From positions 1,504,001 to 1,568,000 of the forward strand of contig CAXXMV010000008.1 of assembly GCA_963662285.2 (NCBI GenBank): a stretch of 64,000 nt of DNA, read 5' to 3'. The position numbers and the translations under genes were made by a program. The notes under the pieces were generated by a model, which searched no databases, had not been told where the DNA came from, and saw only the letters and a list, made by a program, of their open reading frames with translations. The DNA comes from a bacterium. Its GTDB lineage: Bacteria; Hinthialibacterota; Hinthialibacteria; Hinthialibacterales; Hinthialibacteraceae. Below, one piece after another: positions 1 to 7,837 of this stretch; the first letter of the stretch is position 1; each line of letters begins with the position of its first letter.

Positions 1-2247
1 ATACCAAGAAGAACGGATGTCCCCAGTGTTCAGGATGGTGATGAAGGGATGGAGTTAATCTTCGATCCCTTATGGTTATTGCAGGTCTTTTACCGACATC
101 ATACAGCCGCAATTCTGATTTTTTTCACAGTCACTTTCATTAGTTTATTTTTCTTTCTTAAAGAACCACCCCAATATAACGCCAAGGCGCGATTAAAGAT
201 TGAACCTAAAAGACATATATTCAGTTTCGAACAATTGACTAACTTTGAACTTTTTTCGGCTGAGTTTTATGCCACGCAAGTTAAATTACTCCAAAGCCGC
301 AGTTTGATCAGAGAGATAATTAATACCCAAATTGGCGTTAATGAATTTCTGACTCAAATGCAGTCGAACTATAACATCTTCCGCTCTATTTTTGGAGGAA
401 CAAGTTCCGCCAATTCTCCACCTCCCTATGTTGCGGACTCCATTTCAACAACGACAACTGAAATAGAAATAATGGCAATCGATTTATATATGAAACATTT
501 CACAGTATCTCCAGATCGAGTAGCGCCGCAGATTTTTTCTCTATCCTTTACCGCGCCTGATCCTAAATTAGCTGCTTTTCTCGCCAACTACCATACCCAG
601 TTGTATATCAAAAAAAATACAGATTCAAATGTCTTATATACAGACGAATATATTAATAACTTAAAAAAACAGATAAAATCGCTTGATGAACTGATCAATA
701 CTAAAAACGAAGTGATCCTCAATTATAAAAAAGATCATGGATTCTTTCAGATTCAAGGAATTAGTTCATTTGATCCGATTCAGGATATTGATGATCGCCT
801 TTCTCGCGTCAGGGAACAATTGGACAACTCCAATGATACCCTGACTGCTGCGCAATCTTCTTATGAATTCCTATTCGAACCTGACCAGGTTGGCAATATC
901 GATGCTATTCGTGAAGATGTAATCATTTCGGATTCGCTAGATAAACTTCGCGCCCGCCGTAATGAACTACTGCAAAACTGGGCTGAAATCAAAGATAAGT
1001 ACCTGGAGAAACATCCTCAATATATCAGCATTAAAAGTAAAATTGAATCTGTAGAACAAAGCATAGAAAAAGAAATCTCTATGCATGTAACGCGAGCCAA
1101 AAATGCTTTCGACGAGGCTTTCGCCACCACTACCAAACTCACCAAAGATGAGCAGGATTTAATCAAGGAAAAATATCGCCGCGACCAGGAATGGAACCAA
1201 TTAAATAACCTGGAAAAAACCAAAGAGCAGATGAACAATCAGCGCGCAAAATATTTCAACGATCTTCAAAACGCCGAAAGCAGCCGTGACACTCAACAGC
1301 AAACCCAGAATAGAACCTATGCGATTGTTGATAACGCCGATGTTCCAACCAAACCTATTAACCGGCAATGGTTTAGAATATTGCTGCTCTCGTTCGCCGC
1401 AGGAATCAGTTTATCCATCACTGGAGTGTTATTGATCGAACTTCAGGATAAAAAAATCAGAACGCCGCAACACATTGAACAGGCGACGGGAATCTCGGTC
1501 ATGGGATGCATTCCCTTTTTCAAGAGTTCATCCCTATCTCCTGTAGAAGGAAGATTGAGCCAGCATGAAACGCACACTCCCGCCGGGGAATCCTTCATCG
1601 CGCTTCGAACGAGATTTCTTTTTTCTGAGATGATCAGCCAGACTCAAACAGTGCTAATCACCAGCGCCATGAAAGGAGAGGGTAAAAGTACAGTAACTGT
1701 AAATCTGGCTATTTCATTATGCACATCTGGAAAAAGAGTCGTAATCATCGACTGCGACTTACGTAAACCAAAAATGCACCGGTTTTTCGGCGAATCCGTC
1801 GAACCTGGTTTGTTTGATATTATTAATGACGCCGATAGTATAGAGAATGTACTATTCGAGACTGATGTACCTGGATTATATATAATCCCCGCCGGATCCT
1901 TCTCCGCTAGTCCCAGCGAAGTATTGTCTTCTCCCAGTTTCGATGAAATCATTGAGACGCTTAAAGAAGAGTTTGACTTTGTTCTGCTTGATTCACCTTC
2001 TGTTTTGGCTACTCCAGATCCGACAATTATGGCGCCCAGGGTAGACATGACTCTTCTAGTTATTCGCAGCGGGAAGGTTGTGCAGGATGACATTTTATCC
2101 GCGCTGGATCATATCAAACAAACTGGCGGTTATGTTTACGCCACCATCTTAAATGGCGTTCCTTCAGTAGAACGCAGCGCTTACTCACGGTATGGTTATG
2201 GATACACGCATCAATACAATCCAGAAAATAACGCTCAAACAAGTTAA
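1..2247 (+). CDS. wzc: Polysaccharide co-polymerase / BY-kinase (Wzc/GumC family), probably 5'-truncated by the window edge
   Basis: Two TM segments flanking a coiled-coil region, Walker A (AMKGEGKS), IDCDLRKP, LLDSP and a C-terminal Tyr cluster (YSRYGYGYTHQY). The frame is open from base 1; first ATG is at 49. Confidence 0.9.
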   Translation: MPRRTDVPSVQDGDEGMELIFDPLWLLQVFYRHHTAAILIFFTVTFISLFFFLKEPPQYNAKARLKIEPKRHIFSFEQLTNFELFSAEFYATQVKLLQSRSLIREIINTQIGVNEFLTQMQSNYNIFRSIFGGTSSANSPPPYVADSISTTTTEIEIMAIDLYMKHFTVSPDRVAPQIFSLSFTAPDPKLAAFLANYHTQLYIKKNTDSNVLYTDEYINNLKKQIKSLDELINTKNEVILNYKKDHGFFQIQGISSFDPIQDIDDRLSRVREQLDNSNDTLTAAQSSYEFLFEPDQVGNIDAIREDVIISDSLDKLRARRNELLQNWAEIKDKYLEKHPQYISIKSKIESVEQSIEKEISMHVTRAKNAFDEAFATTTKLTKDEQDLIKEKYRRDQEWNQLNNLEKTKEQMNNQRAKYFNDLQNAESSRDTQQQTQNRTYAIVDNADVPTKPINRQWFRILLLSFAAGISLSITGVLLIELQDKKIRTPQHIEQATGISVMGCIPFFKSSSLSPVEGRLSQHETHTPAGESFIALRTRFLFSEMISQTQTVLITSAMKGEGKSTVTVNLAISLCTSGKRVVIIDCDLRKPKMHRFFGESVEPGLFDIINDADSIENVLFETDVPGLYIIPAGSFSASPSEVLSSPSFDEIIETLKEEFDFVLLDSPSVLATPDPTIMAPRVDMTLLVIRSGKVVQDDILSALDHIKQTGGYVYATILNGVPSVERSAYSRYGYGYTHQYNPENNAQTS

Positions 2248-2291
2248 AGAAATTTTGCATAATTAATGAATATGCATGAGGTTAATGCAAT

Positions 2292-2711
2292 ATGTTTGAT
2301 ACTTTTCTCCATTTCACCGGATCGTTTATAATTACTATGTGTTTTTTGATGTTCTTATTAAGCAGGTCGCCAAAACGGCGTGATAGCGCTCCACGTTTCT
2401 GGGATTCTGAAAGCAAAATGCGAAAATCGCTGTTTACCATAATCTTCGCTTTCTCTCTAATCGCAGCAGTTGTATTTGGCATCGCTAAAGAATGGATAGA
2501 TAGTCTGGGTTTCGGCAATGTTGAATTCAAGGATTTCTTCGCTGATATTGCTGGAATCTGGGTTGGCGTTTTCTTTACATACAAAAAATCAAAAAAAGAA
2601 AACCGGATCAAACGAAGCCTCTCGTTTCAATCCCAAAGCCAAGTTACATCCAAAGATGGTTGGAGCCCAAACCAGGCCCCCATCTTCACCCCGGATGACG
2701 ACCGGGATTAA
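2292..2711 (+). CDS. Small membrane protein (VanZ/YfiM-like)
   Basis: Three hydrophobic helices and G-x-x-KEWID...DFFADIAG motif; gagg SD upstream. Confidence 0.6.
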   Translation: MFDTFLHFTGSFIITMCFLMFLLSRSPKRRDSAPRFWDSESKMRKSLFTIIFAFSLIAAVVFGIAKEWIDSLGFGNVEFKDFFADIAGIWVGVFFTYKKSKKENRIKRSLSFQSQSQVTSKDGWSPNQAPIFTPDDDRD

Positions 2712-2727
2712 AGAGAGTAAACTACAT

Positions 2728-4782
2728 CTAATATTTTTCCGGCGTTGAAACGCCAGCTGGCGAATTACCTATGCTCTTTTCTTCAACCACTACGTCGTTA
2801 CGTTCGATCCGCATAGTACATCCCGGATCACCGGTCTGGTTAAACAGTACTCGCGCCATCATGCCTTTATAACGAATCACAACGCCTTTGCGGTTCTCTT
2901 CATCAATTCTCTCAACCATCGCCTCCTCATTTCCACTTGATAATGATGCGTGCAATACATGGAGAAAGATATCATTTTCATTAGCTGCGGTTGGCGACGC
3001 CTCAATGCGCCAGGCGCCTGATTCAGGATCGCTCTTACTATCTGGTGGATAATTCTGTCCATTGACCCAGTATTCTTTTCCCTGACCTCCAACCAGCTGC
3101 GCATTATGCTCCTCAGGAAATATTGTATAACCAACCAATCGACCACTCTTCTGCTCAATGGTAAATTGATTCCCTTCTTGAAGAGGTTTGTTGATGCTAT
3201 GCAGATGCCATGTTTTCTTGAAGTCTTTGTCAGTTGACTGCACCCTGTCAAAAATCACAAAAAGATCAGGTTGAATATGAACAAACTGCCGGGTGAACCA
3301 CTTCATCTTTTTAGGATTATAAGCGCGAGCAGCGTCGCCGCAGATATAGGTAAAATTTTCCGAAGCATAAAACTGCGTGATATCGGCAATATCCAAAGCA
3401 GGATTTTTATCGAATTCTCCCACCCGGGTAGTAGTCGTTCCACGCAATTGCCCGCCATCATTAGAGCCGCCTTCTCCACCGGGCGCCCATACCTGAGATG
3501 AGAATGTCTCATCTGGATCGAATACGGTTATACTATTATGGGCTATAGTTCTGCAATAATAATTAGTACGGTGCCCACTATACTCATTCACGCCGCTATC
3601 AATAGCCAGACTGCCGCCTTTATGAATCACAAATGTATTAGCGTCTACATGCTGATGTCCGGCGTAGAAATCTCCGCATTGAAACAAGGAGAACGTATCA
3701 TCTTTCGAGGTCCAACCGGAACGGCTCACCACCCAGCCCAGTTTTTTGAAATGCCGCGCCAGAGGCAATGATTCAGGTGAGCGAGGCGCCAGTTTCGGAT
3801 CGCGCCACAGGATTTCTTTCCATGCTTTTTGCCCGTAGTTCCATTCAATCTGGTCGCCCAGCCATTGGGCGTAACCATCCTGACAACGGGCGCCCACCAG
3901 ATGAATGAATGATTTAAGGTTCTCGCCGGGAGATACTCCTGACGGGCAATCCTCCGCTTTTACTAATGAGTCATCATGCGGTCTCAGACAATACAGATGC
4001 CATAGTGATTGAGTTTTGAAATATGAAGAATTCTTGAACAGGTCTTCGCCAGCGGCGACTCTCCACATTTCCGCCGTATACGCCAACGGAAGCGCATAGC
4101 CCCAATCGTTATAAGAAAATCCTTCCGCCTGACCACCATCTTCTCCGGCGATTTCATCGGCGGCGGGGATGGCATGATTGATCAAAAAATCCTCGCCTAT
4201 CTTCAAAAACCTATCGGCGGAACGATCATCAACGCCGTCGCCATGCAGGACTACTCCGATATAAATTACCGCCAAAGTTTCATTAATGAAGTGATTATTG
4301 AAGTCGCTATGGCGCCATAAGGTTAAAACATAGTCGCCCATCGCAACAAAAGTCTTGGCGTAACGCTGCTTCTCCGCATCGCTTAATTGGTCGTAAATCC
4401 AATCATAACAGATCACGGCAGCGCGAATATACTCTGGAGTCATATATTGGTTGCGCGGCGGATTGGCGCTTAAGGCTTCGAGATACTCTTTGGTTTTATC
4501 AGCGTACTGCTTATCGCCTTCAACGATATATAAAAAAGCAGGCAGCAGCATGTTGGTCATGTGGCTGTAATCAACGCCCGCCTGTTGTTCCAAAATCCAA
4601 CGTGAGCCAAGGAGTTTATCATAAACCGGTTTGTACTCATTCTGGCAGCGTTGTTTTATATCGGATACCATATCCGTGGTGATATAAATTCTCGGATGAC
4701 CGGTTCGGATTTCAGCAGCGGCGCACAACATCGGCGCAACAACAAGCAACGCAAAAACCACTTGCAAAAGATAACGTTTCAT
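2728..4782 (-). CDS. Secreted heparinase II/III-family polysaccharide lyase
   Basis: Signal peptide, HPRIY, EGFSY, GHQHVDANTFVI and RTIAHNSITV motifs typical of Hepar_II_III proteins. Confidence 0.8.
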   Translation of the reverse strand: MKRYLLQVVFALLVVAPMLCAAAEIRTGHPRIYITTDMVSDIKQRCQNEYKPVYDKLLGSRWILEQQAGVDYSHMTNMLLPAFLYIVEGDKQYADKTKEYLEALSANPPRNQYMTPEYIRAAVICYDWIYDQLSDAEKQRYAKTFVAMGDYVLTLWRHSDFNNHFINETLAVIYIGVVLHGDGVDDRSADRFLKIGEDFLINHAIPAADEIAGEDGGQAEGFSYNDWGYALPLAYTAEMWRVAAGEDLFKNSSYFKTQSLWHLYCLRPHDDSLVKAEDCPSGVSPGENLKSFIHLVGARCQDGYAQWLGDQIEWNYGQKAWKEILWRDPKLAPRSPESLPLARHFKKLGWVVSRSGWTSKDDTFSLFQCGDFYAGHQHVDANTFVIHKGGSLAIDSGVNEYSGHRTNYYCRTIAHNSITVFDPDETFSSQVWAPGGEGGSNDGGQLRGTTTTRVGEFDKNPALDIADITQFYASENFTYICGDAARAYNPKKMKWFTRQFVHIQPDLFVIFDRVQSTDKDFKKTWHLHSINKPLQEGNQFTIEQKSGRLVGYTIFPEEHNAQLVGGQGKEYWVNGQNYPPDSKSDPESGAWRIEASPTAANENDIFLHVLHASLSSGNEEAMVERIDEENRKGVVIRYKGMMARVLFNQTGDPGCTMRIERNDVVVEEKSIGNSPAGVSTPEKY

Positions 4783-4826
4783 AATGAATACCTCTCCTTA
4801 TGCAACATTCAAACCTTCATCTTCAA

Positions 4827-7010
4827 CTACCATAATGATAGGACGAAAAGCATCCGGTTGTTATGGGGCAGCCAGGGTTCATTACATTGATACTCACCAG
4901 TAGGGATAGGATTCATATCCAACCAGGGGCGGTCAGTCCAGGGCCAGGAGCGCGTGATGCCATTCACCACGGCGCCAATCACCGCGCCATTGGGACAAGC
5001 CGGTAACGTATTATATCTATGATGATATTGAGGAACAAAATAATCGCCAACCCCTTCCATCATCGAAGCATTAAATGGATTAAGCCCCAGAATCCAATGT
5101 ATTTGATTTTCGGCGATAGTGCGCCCTTCATGCAAACCTAACTTATCCAACAACATTCCATCATAGGCCGCATCGAGCAATTCACGGCTTCCGCCGACAT
5201 ACCAGGAATTGATCTCTTCATATTCCATGAAGTATATCCTTTTGCCATCACTACCGCCGCGTTGGATAATTCCGAAAAACTTGTCGCAACTATTCTTGAG
5301 TTGTTCTAATTTATTTTGCGCCATATCTTTGATCGGCTCGACAATATCATGATCGGGAAATCTGATAGCCAATTCAGCCAACTCGCGGAAATGGGATACT
5401 CCCTTATCACCGGCCTCAATCATTTTCAACGCCCGATCAAATATTTGTTGTTTATATTGCTCTTTCTGCGTTGCATCATACAAAGCGATCACCACCGGTA
5501 ACGGGCCGCCTCTTTTCTCGAAAAATTTCTCTGCAATCTCAATATATCGTTTTGAGTCCGGCGCATGTTTGGCCAGCAATGCAAAAGATACCGCCAAGTG
5601 GGTTGCATCGCCATTCCAATCATTCACAGGTCGTTCATCTCCCGTGTTGATCTTGTTATCGGTTTCGTCTTCCGGGATGCCCCAATAGCGATAGCCAGTA
5701 CTGACCTGTCCAATCAAGCGCATTGTGGTAAGGTCGATGCATTTCTCCAGAAAGGCCGCGCCCCATAACGCTTCATCCAACAAATCGCATACTCCATCAC
5801 CATTGCGGTCAAATTGATCGAAATAATCCTTCTTGCAGTCATAAGCCTGAATCAGTGCATAGAACGACTCGGGCGTGTATCCGTTGTATTTGTTATAGTC
5901 GCCTGCATCATGCCAACCGCCGGACAGGTCGCGATACGTCCCATCAGCAAACACCGCATCATCCATGTGACAGGCGGCGTGAAAACCGGGGATTGCCATG
6001 CCGCAACGCTGATAATAAAAGAACTCATAAGCAGGCCGGGCAGCCTGCTCAATAACTACCGAATCAGCGATAGTAAAAGGAACAGAAAAAATCTGGTTGC
6101 TTCTTATTTTAGCTTTAATCACATAATTGCCGGGAGTTTTTACATCATTAAAATCCGCCCGCCAATAAGTGCGGTCAAAATCAGCTAAATATCCCAGCGA
6201 TTCCCATCTGGCTTCTTTGATAACTTTCTGAGATTCCAAATGAATGAGTTGAAATGTGGTTGGCGCAGGTTGTTCTTGGGATGATTGCTGTAAGAGCGCC
6301 ATTTTCGCTTTCGATCCGGTCTCGTAACCAATTTGGTCTACCAGAATCAGCGATTGTTCACGACGAATCAAATCAATATTAACTTCATCTATATAGAACG
6401 GTTTATTATCTTCAGTAATGATCGCCAGCTGAGCCTGATGAGCGCCGTCGGGACGCATCGACTCAATAATAAGTTCCCGCCATCCAGCATCCTTGGCGCC
6501 GGTTTGACAAGATTGATCAATATATATCAATTCAACTGGACGGCGTCTTCCAAAACGGGAAAACCAACGTACTTCCAGCGAGATTTCATGCTCATCCAAT
6601 GCATTGAACCATACGCTGGCTCGAAAAGTTTGGATATCTCTATCCATGCGGTAAGCAATAGTACGAACGCCATAGACTCCGGATTTATTGCTTAATTGCC
6701 GCTTTCCCTCCCCCGCGTTGAAACTGCTGTAGTATTCAGTTCCACTGGTTATTTCCTCATCACTCACCATCACCTTGAGCGATGATTTGCCTTGATAAGC
6801 GAATTCATCAGTGATTTTTAATGCAGAATGCAAGTCATCCGTTAATCCAAGAGGATACCAACCAATAATATTTAATTGACTATTCTCGAAGGATGGATTT
6901 GGAGCTAGGTTTAAGCATAGCTCAGTTTCAGAGAATGAATGTGATGCAATAAAAAGAAAGACGATAAGTCTGAAAAACAATCCATATCTGTTTATCATTT
7001 TCGAATTCAC
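4827..7010 (-). CDS. Glycoside hydrolase family 9 with N-terminal CBM-like and Ig-like (CelD_N) domains
   Basis: VDQIGY, FFYYQRCG, GGWHDAGDYNKY, HHR and CNEPW catalytic motifs. Start reassigned to GTG at 7010 (GGAGGAG SD, directly after the prepilin stop). Confidence 0.85.
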   Translation of the reverse strand: MNSKMINRYGLFFRLIVFLFIASHSFSETELCLNLAPNPSFENSQLNIIGWYPLGLTDDLHSALKITDEFAYQGKSSLKVMVSDEEITSGTEYYSSFNAGEGKRQLSNKSGVYGVRTIAYRMDRDIQTFRASVWFNALDEHEISLEVRWFSRFGRRRPVELIYIDQSCQTGAKDAGWRELIIESMRPDGAHQAQLAIITEDNKPFYIDEVNIDLIRREQSLILVDQIGYETGSKAKMALLQQSSQEQPAPTTFQLIHLESQKVIKEARWESLGYLADFDRTYWRADFNDVKTPGNYVIKAKIRSNQIFSVPFTIADSVVIEQAARPAYEFFYYQRCGMAIPGFHAACHMDDAVFADGTYRDLSGGWHDAGDYNKYNGYTPESFYALIQAYDCKKDYFDQFDRNGDGVCDLLDEALWGAAFLEKCIDLTTMRLIGQVSTGYRYWGIPEDETDNKINTGDERPVNDWNGDATHLAVSFALLAKHAPDSKRYIEIAEKFFEKRGGPLPVVIALYDATQKEQYKQQIFDRALKMIEAGDKGVSHFRELAELAIRFPDHDIVEPIKDMAQNKLEQLKNSCDKFFGIIQRGGSDGKRIYFMEYEEINSWYVGGSRELLDAAYDGMLLDKLGLHEGRTIAENQIHWILGLNPFNASMMEGVGDYFVPQYHHRYNTLPACPNGAVIGAVVNGITRSWPWTDRPWLDMNPIPTGEYQCNEPWLPHNNRMLFVLSLW

Positions 7011-7011
7011 T

Positions 7012-7638
7012 CTAATCTCCTCCAGAAGTTCCCATTCTTGCGCCGCCGCCATAACGACCAATGTCACCCAGGCTGACCAGACCATTCGATGAAGAATACA
7101 TAGCAAGGTTTCCCCCTTTTATATTTCCCACTGCATAATTCAAGGGCGCCCAAACGCTTCCGCTATCGATTTTATCCGGACCAAAACTGGCTATGCCATA
7201 GCCTTTGAAAAAACTATGATTTGAAAAAAACGTCCCGGCGCTGGAATCATTACGCGCCCAATTTCCGTTATAACTTACATAAGTATAATAGCGGAAATTG
7301 GATGGGCCGCCGGTTCCCCAGTTTCCTTCTCCAAAAGGGTCTTGTTGTTCGATAGAAGTCATATATGCCACAGGCGTAGTCAAGCATATCAAACTACCGG
7401 TGGTATATCCACCCCGGCTATTGGGAAAATTGCCATAGGGATAATCATTCTGATCAATAATATATGCCTCACAAGCTGTACCGATAGCCTGCATATCTGC
7501 GCGCACTCGAGCAATTTTAGCCCGTATTTGAGCATTGAGAAAATTTGGTACTGCAATAGCGGCCAGTATGCCAATGATGGCGACCACAATTAAAAGTTCG
7601 ATTAAAGTAAATGCTTTTAAATTCACTTTTCTATCCAT
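7012..7638 (-). CDS. Prepilin-type N-terminal cleavage/methylation protein (pseudopilin-like)
   Basis: KA|FTLIELLIVVAIIGILAAIAVPNF class III signal; LTTPVAY, SFGPD and SNGLVSLGDI motifs. Start reassigned to ATG at 7638. Confidence 0.9.
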   Translation of the reverse strand: MDRKVNLKAFTLIELLIVVAIIGILAAIAVPNFLNAQIRAKIARVRADMQAIGTACEAYIIDQNDYPYGNFPNSRGGYTTGSLICLTTPVAYMTSIEQQDPFGEGNWGTGGPSNFRYYTYVSYNGNWARNDSSAGTFFSNHSFFKGYGIASFGPDKIDSGSVWAPLNYAVGNIKGGNLAMYSSSNGLVSLGDIGRYGGGARMGTSGGD

Positions 7639-7662
7639 TAAAAAATCCTTTATAACATTTCT

Positions 7663-7703
7663 AAAAAATATACGCCCAGGTGAAATCTCTTCCACCCGGG
7701 CAT
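7663..7703 (-). terminator. Intrinsic terminator-like hairpin downstream of the 922-aa gene
   Basis: Minus strand reads GCCCGGGTGGAA-GAGAT-TTCACCTGGGC followed by a T-rich tail. Confidence 0.55.
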
Positions 7704-7715
7704 CAAACTATAAAG

Positions 7716-7837
7716 TATAGTGGGCTAAAAGCCGAAAAGTAGGGTGGGCTAAAAGCGAAGCGTAGCCCACCAAAAACCACTTATGTATTTCCAACAAAAA
7801 GCAAAGCGCAGCCCACCACAACCACTGATGTATTTCC
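7716..7837 (+). repeat. GTAG-type REP cluster (family A) with local tandem duplication
   Basis: GTAGGGTGGGCTAAAAGCGAAGCGTAGCCCACC at 7739; a partial copy at 7716; the 3' part is duplicated (7751-7792 vs 7797-7837). Confidence 0.8.

Noticed and set aside
7011-7106. Long N-terminal extension of the GH9 ORF in the ORF track
   Set aside because: Overlaps the prepilin gene; a better SD-supported start exists at 7010.
7716-7837. CRISPR-like repeat
   Set aside because: Only degenerate REP duplications; no regular repeat-spacer array and no cas genes in the window.
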